Positions 50,446 through 60,346 of a stretch of 64,000 nucleotides of DNA are shown in pieces. The notes under the pieces are model-generated. The model did no database searches. It was not told the DNA's origin and saw only the letters and a program-made list of their open reading frames with translations. Each line of letters begins with the position of its first letter. The stretch's first letter is position 1. Location of the stretch: NCBI GenBank assembly GCA_963772165.1, contig CAVYWA010000014.1, forward strand, positions 247,363-311,362, read 5' to 3'. Position numbers and translations under genes: made by a program. The DNA is from an uncultured Bacteroidota bacterium. GTDB taxonomy: Bacteria > Bacteroidota > Ignavibacteria > UBA10030 > UBA8401.

Positions 50446-50806
50446 CTTGTATTCCTCAGTAAATTTGAGGACTTGTAACCTGCCTGTAAGAAAACCTCCT
50501 TGTATTTACCTCAGTAGTTACCTAAATGGTTACCGGAGTGGTTACCTGACGCCTCCAACAACGGGATCTCGAACGAGGCTTCTCTCACTTCAATTTCTCA
50601 ACCTCGTCTTCCCCGGACTCGGTCAATATGATGGTGCACTATTACCCGAAAAAGACTTCAGAGGCAACTGATAGTGAGCCTCAACCCCAAGACTCCCTGT
50701 GGAACGATCCACAAACGATGCTTCTACATGAGAGACGACGGGGATCCAACGATGCAGGTGGGGAGGAGTAAATCCTAAATTTTTATTCTGGGTTCTTAGA
50801 CAGGGC

Positions 50807-50960
50807 CTGTAAGGACTTCGCCATTTGCCAACTCCTCTATAAAGTGTGTGGCAATGGCGAAGCATAGTTCGCCATTAGGCGAATTTGTTGCCGAAGTGGC
50901 AAAATGGCAAAGTGGCTTTGCCATCACTGCAGTTCTATGAGGGAGTTGGCGAAGCGGCAA
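50807..50960. repeat. Cluster of short GGCAA(A)TGGC / GCCATTTGCC repeats and hairpins
   Basis: The copies are gccatttgcc (50811), ggcaatggc (50841), gccattaggc (50864), ggcaaaatggc (50890) and tttgccatc (50909). Local hairpins include atggcgaa-gcatag-ttcgccat. Confidence 0.4.
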
Positions 50961-51058
50961 AATTGCATACCAATCATTCAAGAAAATAGTTATCTTAACC
51001 TAACGGTCACAACTCAACTTGGCGTTCCGAATAGGTCGCCGTTAATAAGGAAATTTGA

Positions 51059-51223
51059 ATGATGAAAAAGTCTGGCAAAATGAAATATTTTTTACGAGGT
51101 GATGCAACCGACAAACAAATAGAACAGTTCGTTGACTTTATTATTGAAGATGCCGCCGTAAGAAAGCAAAACAAGAAGAAACCTGTTTCACGGAAAAAGC
51201 CAGCTAAGAAGAAGCACCAGTGA
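51059..51223 (+). CDS. Small Lys-rich ORF (54 aa) upstream of the receiver gene; uncertain
   Basis: The ATG at 51059 reads through to a TGA at 51221-51223, 8 nt before the response-regulator ATG. The C-terminus is KKKPVSRKKPAKKKHQ. It is not in the ORF track because it is under 60 aa. Confidence 0.25.
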   Translation: MMKKSGKMKYFLRGDATDKQIEQFVDFIIEDAAVRKQNKKKPVSRKKPAKKKHQ

Positions 51224-51230
51224 GATCCGA

Positions 51231-51593
51231 ATGCCAACGATTGCAATCTTAGACGACGAAGAAATGACTCGACAATTATTATCCGAGGAATTGATGAATG
51301 CGGGATATGATGTGGTAGCCCACGAAAACAAAGATGAATTCTACGACCTTATCCCTGTCCTCAAACCAGATCTCATTATTAGTGATTTGATTTCTCCAAG
51401 GATGGACGGCTTCCAGTTCCTTGGGTTGATGCGGCCAAAAGGAATCCCTATCATAATTATAAGCGGAAATATTGGTCGAACTCCAGGTTACGAAGAGGAG
51501 GCCAAAAGACTTGGCGCTGTTTCATGTTTCAAGAAGCCTTTTGAATTTGGCGAAGTCCTGGCAGAAATAAAAAGAGCACTTTCAAAAGGGTGA
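51231..51593 (+). CDS. Single-domain response regulator (CheY-like receiver)
   Basis: The sequence has ILDDEE, ..DLIISDLISPRMDG.. and ..CFKKP.. conserved positions. Confidence 0.8.
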   Translation: MPTIAILDDEEMTRQLLSEELMNAGYDVVAHENKDEFYDLIPVLKPDLIISDLISPRMDGFQFLGLMRPKGIPIIIISGNIGRTPGYEEEAKRLGAVSCFKKPFEFGEVLAEIKRALSKG

Positions 51594-51850
51594 ATGATGC
51601 ACCTTTCAGAAGAATAACTCGCCCTTTACGTCGACGCCCTGGCATCGGGCACGCAGGAGCAGCTGCCCGAGGAAATCTTGGAGCATGTCAGTAGCTCGGG
51701 TCTTTGGAGGGTCTAACCATTCGGAATTGATTTGCATTCGGGGAAAGTCCGGGATTCTCAGCCGGCATAAAAAAAGTGCCCGTCCAAAGAGTTTGAACGG
51801 GCTTTCCGTTTTCTCCCCGAGGTGTCTTTCGGAAGTCACTCCTCTGATTG

Positions 51851-52387
51851 TCAACGCGTCGCTAACGCTTCAACCTGGGTTTGTGAATACGTCTGCAAGA
51901 CTTTTCCCTGCGCATCGAGCAAGGTCATCCCGCCGTCATCGCCGGCGATGCAGCGAACAAGAATATTGTCATCGTTGTCTTTCACGACCGTTTGACCGTT
52001 TTCTTTCAACAGACGATAGGTCGTTTCTCCTTTACCGGGAATCATTCTGGCGATATCTATCTCCTGCTTCGACGAGTTAAATGTAACGCTGGTGCCGTCT
52101 TCCCCCGTAAGTTTTCCCGGAGTCGCATTTTGTGCACTCACCGGATTGCTCCCTGTCCAAAACTCAATCGAATTGAGAATAACAGCATCGACAAAGGCCG
52201 ATACGCCATACACCGGTACGATGTTCATCACAAGAAATACGACTTCGTTCGTCCATTTGCCGCCTACTTCGCCGTTAAACTTGTATACTTTCTTCACAAG
52301 ATTGAACGAACCGTAACAGCCAAACGACATGGCGAGCATTACACCAATAATAAGAACACACACGACATTTTTCAATGAGTGTCTCAT
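51851..52387 (-). CDS. Lipoprotein (DUF3332-like)
   Basis: The ORF has a signal peptide with lipobox ..AMSFGC and a conserved ..NIVPVYGVSAFVDAVILNSIEFWTG.. segment. Confidence 0.4.
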   Translation of the reverse strand: MRHSLKNVVCVLIIGVMLAMSFGCYGSFNLVKKVYKFNGEVGGKWTNEVVFLVMNIVPVYGVSAFVDAVILNSIEFWTGSNPVSAQNATPGKLTGEDGTSVTFNSSKQEIDIARMIPGKGETTYRLLKENGQTVVKDNDDNILVRCIAGDDGGMTLLDAQGKVLQTYSQTQVEALATR

Positions 52388-52712
52388 TGGAACCTCCAGA
52401 AAATGTGATTGGATTGGTCAGCATCTAACGAGCTGATTAGGGCTGACGCCGAAACTTATGGGAAAAAATCCTCTATGTCCAGTTGAGATTTTACCTCTTT
52501 CGATGATGTTGAAGCAGAACCTTGGGGGCGAAAACGAGTATGCGGATTTCCTCGACCTATTTTTCTTGGCTGTACAGGACAAGGCAATTTAAGAACTGGG
52601 TATTGGCGTCGCGTTGGAGTTCACTGCGTATCGTCTTTGCAAAATTGCATGATGGCTTAAATACTCCTATATTCAAACGCGTTTTTTCCTACCACATGTG
52701 AGGAGCAACCCA

Positions 52713-53135
52713 ATGAAAATCATCAAAGAGTTCAAAGATTTTGCTATGCGAGGAAGTGTCCTCGATTTGGCGATTGGCATAATTATCGGCGGCGCCTTCG
52801 GCAAGGTCGTTAGTTCAATGGTGAATGATATGCTGATGCCACCCCTGGGAGTGATTATGGGGGGCGTCGACTTTAGTTTTCTCGGGATTACGCTTCGGGA
52901 AGCCACGGCGGCACATCCAGCAGCTGTCTTCCGTTACGGAATCTTTATTAATAACTTAATTGATTTTACAATAGTCACCTTCGCGATTTTTCTTCTTATC
53001 AAAGGGGTGAATCACATGAAGCGGGATGTTAAAACCGTACCGGTTGCGGCAACAACGAAGGTCTGTCCGGAATGTTGCATGAGCATTCCCGTCGAAGCGC
53101 ATCGCTGTGGTTATTGTACAAGCGTTCTGAAATAA
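52713..53135 (+). CDS. mscL: Large-conductance mechanosensitive channel MscL with a C-terminal Cys4 zinc-ribbon-like tail
   Basis: The sequence reads MKIIKEFKDFAMRGSVLDLAIGIIIGGAFGKVVSSMVNDMLMPPLG. An AGGAG RBS lies at 52701-52705. The C-terminus reads CPECC..CGYC. Confidence 0.85.
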   Translation: MKIIKEFKDFAMRGSVLDLAIGIIIGGAFGKVVSSMVNDMLMPPLGVIMGGVDFSFLGITLREATAAHPAAVFRYGIFINNLIDFTIVTFAIFLLIKGVNHMKRDVKTVPVAATTKVCPECCMSIPVEAHRCGYCTSVLK

Positions 53136-53170
53136 TCCTTTAAACATTGACAACCTGAAAGCAAATAAAC

Positions 53171-54031
53171 ATGAAAATGCTCGGATGGATGCTTATGTCA
53201 TTGACCGTTGTGGCGAATGCCCAACACATCGCTGACACTTCAAAAACAGTTGCGGCTAATGCTCAACACATCGCAGACACCTCAAACTGGAAACATACTT
53301 TGGTTGCCGGTTTTACGGCGACGCAGGTAGCGTATACTGACTGGGTGCAGGGAGGCAATAACGCGCTTGCTTGGGATGCGACTTTAGATGGAAAATCTGT
53401 GTATGAACTCCCGACATACGTCTGGACCACCACGTACGACTTTGGCTATGGTGATACAAGGTTGGGAACCCAGGGCACCAGAAACACTGACGACAAAATC
53501 GATATCGCCTCTGAATTTAAGTATAAAGTTGGTGCGTATGTCAACCCCTATGCCTCGGTAACCTTTAAGTCACAGTTCGCGACCGGTTATACCTATGATG
53601 CGCTTGGGAATGGGACTGCGAACTCGGATTTCCTTGATCCGGCATTCCTCATACAAAGCGCGGGAGCAGGATATCAGCCTATTCAACAGGTGAAAACAAG
53701 GATCGGGTTAGCACTCCGTGAAATTTTTGCAAATACATACACACAATATGCCAGCGGTGAAAAAACTGAAACCGACGGAGGTCTGGAATCGGTGACTGAG
53801 GTCGAAGCGCATATCCAGGAGAATCTTCTTATCCATGCCAAGGTCGAACTCTTTTCAGCTTTTAAAAAGATGGACGAGGTCGTTGTACGAAGTGACAATA
53901 CTCTCACGGCCAAAATTACGAAGTATTTTTCTACTAATATCAATCTGCAATTAATTCAGGAAAGACCAATTTCGCCTCGTACTCAGATCAAGCAGGGCAT
54001 CGCGCTTGGATTCAGCTATGACCTTTTCTAA
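53171..54031 (+). CDS. Putative outer-membrane beta-barrel protein (DUF3078-like)
   Basis: The ORF has a signal peptide, alternating aromatic strands and a C-terminal ..GFSYDLF. An internal 14-aa tandem duplication is ANAQHIADTS(K/N). Confidence 0.4.
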   Translation: MKMLGWMLMSLTVVANAQHIADTSKTVAANAQHIADTSNWKHTLVAGFTATQVAYTDWVQGGNNALAWDATLDGKSVYELPTYVWTTTYDFGYGDTRLGTQGTRNTDDKIDIASEFKYKVGAYVNPYASVTFKSQFATGYTYDALGNGTANSDFLDPAFLIQSAGAGYQPIQQVKTRIGLALREIFANTYTQYASGEKTETDGGLESVTEVEAHIQENLLIHAKVELFSAFKKMDEVVVRSDNTLTAKITKYFSTNINLQLIQERPISPRTQIKQGIALGFSYDLF

Positions 54032-55291
54032 TCCCAATAATCTTTGTAATACTGCTTTCACATAATGCGTGAGCACGGTAAAGACGACAAATCCAAATAA
54101 AATAATCACTCCACCAACGCAGTAATAAAAAATACTGCAAGCGAATGACGGAGGTTACTATAATGTATCCTGAAAGCAGTACCGGCTTCGTAATCCTTTT
54201 GCTGATTCGAATGCATTTGTTCCTCCCTTACAATATTGGTGGTTGCGGATTAATTGTTATTCCAAAGAAATTTGAACCGGAGCAGTAATTGCCGGTACCG
54301 ATTTTAATCCATTGCATCCTTTCGTGAAATAATGCAATGGATTTTCAATACTAATCGATAAGTAACGAATGTGTTCTCACTCAACGAACAAAATAAAAAA
54401 TTCGCTGTAAGAAAATTTGAATGCCGTAGTTTGCGTGGAACGTTTTCGCCCACAAAAACCTTGGTCCGCTTGGGACAAAAAGGGATTCACGGAGTTTGTT
54501 TCCGTAAATCTTAATAACTATTTGCTAAATTTTATGGCGAGCTAATTCGGGAGGGATATACGGCGCTGTGGCGATCGCCGGCCCCGCAAAAAAAATCAAT
54601 TGTGCGAGATGATATTCCCTTCTCAATCGGCACCTCAGAAAAGGTTGTTGCTCTCCTCGGTTACAGTCATTTGCGCAAGTTTGTTTCCTCCTTTTTATCC
54701 TTTTACCGACTCCCTCAAAGGTATATTAACGACCGAATAAGAAAAATAGATCGCTTTTTTGTTTGAGATTAGACCAATGAAAATTTATATGTAAAATGGT
54801 TTGCACACAGCATTGCACAAAGGTTTCGGTGCTTTTCTAAGGGGAATGGGCCTGAGATAGCGCAGCTGATAACCGCGAAATGGAAGATCACTCACGTTTC
54901 CACTAGTCTAAAAGCATTCCTGCTCAATAGCATTAATCAATTTACTATTGTACATTCTTCCCGGGAAGTTCCCTCTATGTTCTCTATGAATGGATGTTTG
55001 TTGTGAAATATTCTCAAACCGTCGGAAAACACTGGATCATACAAGGGGAAAAAAGCAGCCCCTCCTCGGCACTGCCCGAACTTATCGGCGATGTCACTGG
55101 TCAATCTTAGGGGCTCAGTTTTATGATTATTGCTGGTTGGGGAAAAAAACGTGAAATAGATGAAAGCGCGATGTACATTATTCAATTATGAACTTGCACG
55201 GGTCAACGTGAGTATCCTTAAGCTGGTCGATGGAATAGCTGATGTTTTTATGGAGCGTAAATCTCCATTATCAGGACAATAGCCGACAAGG

Positions 55292-56635
55292 TTGATTTCC
55301 GGGATGTCCAGATCTCTAGATGACGTTATGACGATTGATGATATAGAAAAAATGGGAGTTATCGGCGCAGGAGGGGCAGGGTTTCCTAGTCACGTCAAAC
55401 TGAATTCAACTCCCGGGACCGTTATTATGAACGCGGCAGAGTGCGAGCCGTTGCTTCATAAGGATATGGAATTAATCCGTCACTACAGCGATGAAATTTT
55501 GCGCGGGTTTGAAATCGTTATGGCAATCACCGGTGCAAAAGAAGGCATTATCGGCATCAAGGAAAAACATAAGGACGAAATTGAATTACTCAAAGCTAAA
55601 ATCAAGAGTCATGGGAATATTAATATCATAGCCGTTGATGATGTGTACCCGGCCGGCGATGAGGTAACGCTAATTTACATGACGACGAAAAGAATTGTGC
55701 CTCCCGGGGCATTGCCGATTTCGGTCGGGTGTGTTGTTCAAAATGTTGAAACACTATATAATATCGGGTTGAATAAACCCGTCGCTGACAAATTTATTTC
55801 GGTGGTTGGTTCTATTGAAAACCCCGCGACAGTGCAGGTGCCGGTTGGAATGAGTTTTGCCGAGGTGCTCTCTCATTTTACAATAACTGCACCGCAGTAT
55901 GTCGTTCGATCGGGCGGTTTGATGATGGGTACGATGGAAGACGACCTTAACAACGTTGTCTCGAAACGAACCGGCGCGTTGATCGTGTTGCCGTCCGACC
56001 ACCATTGCGTAACAATGTACCGACGGTTTTCTACCGACCATGCTGTTGACGTGATCGCAAAAGCCGGATGCGATCAATGTTCTTTTTGCACTGAGCTTTG
56101 TCCTCGATATTTATTGGGGCAGCCCGTCAGGCCTGAGAGTGCAATGCGCAACCGCATGTTTACCCGCGAAGAATCTCCCATGCTCGACCCCGGTAATCTT
56201 TCCTGCTGCGAATGCAATCTCTGCACGATGTATGCCTGCCCCGAAGGTTTAGACCCGCGGGGTGCGACAGTGATGGAGAAACGTCTGTCGCGGGAACAAA
56301 ATATACAATGGACTGGGGAAGAGATGCCCGTTCATCCGATGTTCGATTATCGGAAAGTGCCTACGAAAAAACTTATGCAAAGGCTCGATGTGATGATGTT
56401 TCGGGACGAGGCTCCGTTGAGAGATTTGAACTTCAACCCGCAGACAGTTCGGATACCCTTAGATCAGCATGTCGGATCTCCGGCGAAAGCAGTGGTCATT
56501 GAAGGAGCTCCCGTTAAGAAATATGATTTAATCGCCAAAGCATCAGGCAAAATATCATGCAATGTGCATGCTTCAATCAACGGAATCGTGAAGTCAATGA
56601 CGCCGGATCATATTACTATTCAGAGAAGCCGATGA
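55292..56635 (+). CDS. RnfC-like Fe-S flavoprotein, PduS-type (BMC-associated cobalamin reductase family)
   Basis: The 447 aa ORF has a GAGGAGFP nucleotide-binding motif and two CxxCxxCxxxCP clusters (CDQCSFCTELCP and CCECNLCTMYACP). Confidence 0.65.
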   Translation: MISGMSRSLDDVMTIDDIEKMGVIGAGGAGFPSHVKLNSTPGTVIMNAAECEPLLHKDMELIRHYSDEILRGFEIVMAITGAKEGIIGIKEKHKDEIELLKAKIKSHGNINIIAVDDVYPAGDEVTLIYMTTKRIVPPGALPISVGCVVQNVETLYNIGLNKPVADKFISVVGSIENPATVQVPVGMSFAEVLSHFTITAPQYVVRSGGLMMGTMEDDLNNVVSKRTGALIVLPSDHHCVTMYRRFSTDHAVDVIAKAGCDQCSFCTELCPRYLLGQPVRPESAMRNRMFTREESPMLDPGNLSCCECNLCTMYACPEGLDPRGATVMEKRLSREQNIQWTGEEMPVHPMFDYRKVPTKKLMQRLDVMMFRDEAPLRDLNFNPQTVRIPLDQHVGSPAKAVVIEGAPVKKYDLIAKASGKISCNVHASINGIVKSMTPDHITIQRSR

Positions 56636-57201
56636 ATAACGGAAATGCAATCGGGATTATTGAATTAGGAAGTATCTATAAGGGATTTGCCGTTCAGGAT
56701 GCGGTCTTGAAGTCTGCGAATGTTGAGAAGCTTATCGCGCGCACCATTTGTTCCGGAAAATATCTGATGATTGTTCGGGGAAACGTTTCCGATGTTGAGA
56801 CTGCGATCAGCATCGCCGCGGAAGTCGGCGGATTTTCAGTTGTGAATCTCACGACGATCCCTAACATAGACCCGCGGGTTTTTCCGGCAATCACCGGGTC
56901 GACAACACTGCAGATCAATACCAATAAGAACGTTGGGGCGATGCTGGTTATTGAAACCTTTTCTGTCGCGTCTGCCATCAAAGCCGCGGACTTTGCCGTG
57001 AAGGAAGCAAAGTTGGATCTGGTAAGAGTTCATGTTGCCATGGCCGTCGGCGGTAAAGGATTTGTTGTCATGACCGGAGATGTTGCTGCACTGGAAGCCG
57101 CTGTGAAGCCTGCTCTTGAATACATCAAGCAAGACGGCATGCTCGCAGGCTATGTGATCATTAAGAATCCGCATGAAGAACTATTACGAGAACTCATTTA
57201 A
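56632..57201 (+). CDS. Tandem-BMC-domain shell protein (PduT-like)
   Basis: Two BMC repeats are present (..AIGIIELGS..GFSVVNL.. and ..GAMLVIETFSVASAIKAADFAVKEAKLDLV..). A conserved Cys (..RTICSG..) sits at the position of the PduT Fe-S ligand. The start overlaps the upstream stop. Confidence 0.6.
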   Translation: MNNGNAIGIIELGSIYKGFAVQDAVLKSANVEKLIARTICSGKYLMIVRGNVSDVETAISIAAEVGGFSVVNLTTIPNIDPRVFPAITGSTTLQINTNKNVGAMLVIETFSVASAIKAADFAVKEAKLDLVRVHVAMAVGGKGFVVMTGDVAALEAAVKPALEYIKQDGMLAGYVIIKNPHEELLRELI

Positions 57202-57212
57202 TTGAGGATAGT

Positions 57213-58019
57213 ATGATGAGCAACGAGTGGGAATTAAAGAATCTCATTATTGAAATGGGAAGACGAATTTGGATCAGAGGTTATGTCGCCTCTAATGACG
57301 GGAATATCTCCGTTAAAATGAGTGATAACGAAATTCTTACCACGCCGCACGGTGTTAGCAAAGGATTTATGACGGCGGAGATGATCATACGCGTCGATAA
57401 AACCGGAAAAGTGCTTTCGGGAAATTCAAAGTATCATCCGTCGAGCGAACTCAAGATGCATCTCGAGGCCTACAAAGAAAGACCGGATATAAAGTCCGTT
57501 ATTCATGCCCATCCTCCGTATGCCACAAGTTTCGCTGTTGCCGGTATACCGTTGAATAAATGCGTACTGCCCGAAGCGGTCATTAGCATCGGCGCTGTGC
57601 CGCTAGCGAAATACGGGCTCCCTTCAACAATGGAGCTTGTGGATACACTAAGAGAACATTTGAAGACCTCAGACGCAATTTTGATGGCAAATCATGGAGC
57701 GGTCACACTTGGAGCCGATTTATTAAGCGCGTACCATAACATGGAAACACTTGAACATACGGCGAGCATAGTTTGGAAGGCGATACAACTCGGGAATGTG
57801 AATGTGTTGCCCGAGAATGAAAGAGATCGCTTAATGGACCTACGAATGAAATTCAACCTGCAGGGTCCGATAGTACCATGCGACTCATCCCCGATGTCGA
57901 TCGGCAGGTCACCATCGGGTGCAAATAAGGAATCAAAGAACTCCGCGAACAATGAAATTACAGAACAAGATATCAGGGAGATTACTGAAAAAGTAATTGC
58001 CAAACTCAAACAAGGTTGA
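57213..58019 (+). CDS. Class II aldolase/adducin-family aldolase (fuculose/rhamnulose-1-phosphate aldolase-like)
   Basis: The sequence reads ..GNISVK..TPHGVSKG..HLEAYKERPDIKSVIHAHPPYATSFAV.. (a His metal-ligand pattern). Confidence 0.75.
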   Translation: MMSNEWELKNLIIEMGRRIWIRGYVASNDGNISVKMSDNEILTTPHGVSKGFMTAEMIIRVDKTGKVLSGNSKYHPSSELKMHLEAYKERPDIKSVIHAHPPYATSFAVAGIPLNKCVLPEAVISIGAVPLAKYGLPSTMELVDTLREHLKTSDAILMANHGAVTLGADLLSAYHNMETLEHTASIVWKAIQLGNVNVLPENERDRLMDLRMKFNLQGPIVPCDSSPMSIGRSPSGANKESKNSANNEITEQDIREITEKVIAKLKQG

Positions 58020-58230
58020 TTAGCAGTGTTTGAGTTTGGTGAAATGGAACTCGGGAATGTGTGTAATGCCCGCTAATGAAAATCCTCATCGCAGATCCTA
58101 AAGAAAATCTAATTTCTCATAAGAGTGTAAAGAGTAGGGCGGCGGTTATCCGTACGGGCAGAAAATATATCATTGTAAAGAAGTAAAGAATTCCCTGGAC
58201 ACAAATAAATACTCTACGGCTTTCAATATC

Positions 58231-59706
58231 ATGGAACATAGGTTTATCGGTTTCGATCTTGGTGCGGAAAGCGGACGTTGTATTGTGGCAACACTTCATG
58301 ATCAAAAAATTACCCTCCAGGAAGTTTATCGATTTGTGACCCCCAATGTAAAGTATGAGGAAGGATTCCATTGGGATATTTTAGCGATCTATCAAGAAAT
58401 AATCAAAGGCCTGATAAATGCCCGCAAGGCTTTTGGTGAATCATTTGACGGCATTGGGATCGACACGTGGGGAGTTGATTATGTTCTTGTGGATAAAAAA
58501 GGAAGAGTCCTCGGTTACCCGTACCATTACCGCGATGACCGCACAGATCAGATGATGGAACATGCATTCAAGATCGTACCCAAAGAGAAAATTTACGGCA
58601 AGGTTGGGATTCAGTTCGCACAGTATAATACGCTTTTCCAATTATTAGCTGAAAGTAAAAATAGTCCTAATTTTTTGGATTTTACGGGCACCATGCTGAT
58701 GATTCCGGATTTTCTGAATTTTATGCTGTCGGGAAATAAAAGAGCAGAATTCACGATCGCTTCAACGACAAGCCTTGTCAGTCCGCATACGAGAGATTGG
58801 TGCTGGGAACTCATCGATGCGTTTGGACTGCCAAGGAAAATTTTTCCAAAGATCTTGGAACCGGGAACTTCGTTGGGGGCGCTTCTCCCTTCAATTGCGG
58901 CAAAGTCGGGACTCGGTCCAACGATTCCTGTTTTTGCTACCGCCGGTCATGATACTGCATCAGCAGTGGGTTCTGTCCCTGCATTGGGCGGGAAATGGGC
59001 GTTTCTCAGTTCAGGCACGTGGTCATGTATGGGCATTGAAATTAATAAACCCCTGCTTACCCGTGAAGCAATGGCACATAACTTTACGAACGAGGGGGGA
59101 ATTCAAGGGACAACCCGTTTTCTTAAGAACATCATAGGATTGTGGCCGGTGCAGGAATGCAAACGGTATTGGCATGAACAATCCAAAGAATATGCTTATT
59201 CGGAATTAGCTGTCGCGGCAAAAGAAAACGGCTTTGCAAATGCCTGGATAAATTTAAACGACCCAAGATTCCTTAAGCCCGGCGAAATGCCGGAAAAAGT
59301 GATCGCGTATTTAGAAGAAACTAAGCAACCGGTCAAACTGGGCGTAGGGTTCATTATCAGGGTCATTCTTGAGAGCCTCGCTTTTCAATATAGAAATACA
59401 ATTAAAGAGATCGAAACCGTCTCCGGCGACACGATAGAATTAATTCATGCTGTTGGGGGCGGCATTCAAAACGAACTGCTGACAGAATTAACTGCCGATG
59501 CAACGGGCTGTACTGTCCTTGCAGGACCGGTCGAGGGAGCGATCATTGGGAATATTGGAGTGCAGGCAATCGCGTCCGGAGCTGTCCCCGACCTTCACGC
59601 CTGGAGGGAAATCGTGTGCAACTCCTTCGAGTTAAGAAAATTTGATCCGGTAAACGCCGAGTACTTTAATAAGAATGAAAAAACCTTCAACCGCATTCTT
59701 GATTGA
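58231..59706 (+). CDS. rhaB: Rhamnulokinase (FGGY carbohydrate kinase)
   Basis: The 491 aa ORF reads FIGFDLGAESGRCIVA.. and shares FGGY N- and C-domain motifs with RhaB. Confidence 0.7.
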   Translation: MEHRFIGFDLGAESGRCIVATLHDQKITLQEVYRFVTPNVKYEEGFHWDILAIYQEIIKGLINARKAFGESFDGIGIDTWGVDYVLVDKKGRVLGYPYHYRDDRTDQMMEHAFKIVPKEKIYGKVGIQFAQYNTLFQLLAESKNSPNFLDFTGTMLMIPDFLNFMLSGNKRAEFTIASTTSLVSPHTRDWCWELIDAFGLPRKIFPKILEPGTSLGALLPSIAAKSGLGPTIPVFATAGHDTASAVGSVPALGGKWAFLSSGTWSCMGIEINKPLLTREAMAHNFTNEGGIQGTTRFLKNIIGLWPVQECKRYWHEQSKEYAYSELAVAAKENGFANAWINLNDPRFLKPGEMPEKVIAYLEETKQPVKLGVGFIIRVILESLAFQYRNTIKEIETVSGDTIELIHAVGGGIQNELLTELTADATGCTVLAGPVEGAIIGNIGVQAIASGAVPDLHAWREIVCNSFELRKFDPVNAEYFNKNEKTFNRILD

Positions 59707-60013
59707 TTCGACAAATATACACGGACCAATAAATCTGTCCGCCTGGAAATACAATCCCATTCTTCACCCCATTGAGTTCCTTCAACAGGCATTGTAGTAA
59801 AAAAGCTTCTCGCCTCCATATCTACATTCCAGAATCTCTATTTTCCATCGGTTAACCATCAAAGAATATTGGACAGCCGTACGAAAAAATTTGCTTTTAA
59901 AATGAAAATGAAATTAAAGAACGGCTTCAAGGAAGGGACTTCCCACGACTGCAACTCAAACTCGGATAGAGAACGAGTCGGTTGGCAGTAAAAGTGAAAA
60001 GGGGAATATTTTG

Positions 60014-60032
60014 AAAAAAAAAAAAAAAAAAA
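60014..60032. repeat. 19-nt poly(A) homopolymer
   Basis: The run is A19 (ttg-A19-cttgtcgcg) in the intergenic region upstream of the TetR-efflux operon. Confidence 0.8.
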
Positions 60033-60346
60033 CTTGTCGCGACATCATGATAATTCGGGAGTTTAGTCGGTCGACTTATTTCCGTTATTGGTAATGATAT
60101 TTTTTAGACAATTCATCTCAGTTTTATTGAAATAGCGAAAGAATAGGCAAACCAAATGCGAAGAATGAGGAAATGTTAGCCCTGATAATACAACAATCTT
60201 GCAATTTTATCATCACAGTATCGTCATAATTTGGTAAGCGAAATATAAAGAGATATTAATGTGAAATATGCAACAAAACTACAATTTTTTCCGTATAATA
60301 TCGTCATAATAAATGACCGATAGTATAATTTATATGCGGAGAGTTT

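Noticed and set aside
54106-54310. Two small antisense ORFs with GGAGG-like SD sequences (+ strand 54164-54307, about 47 aa and hydrophobic; - strand from 54216) could form a type I toxin-antitoxin pair.
   Set aside because: The + ORF's ATG overlaps a perfect TATAAT (54158-54163) that is more likely a -10 box. The minus ORF runs antisense into the upstream gene's 3' end. There is no supporting conservation.
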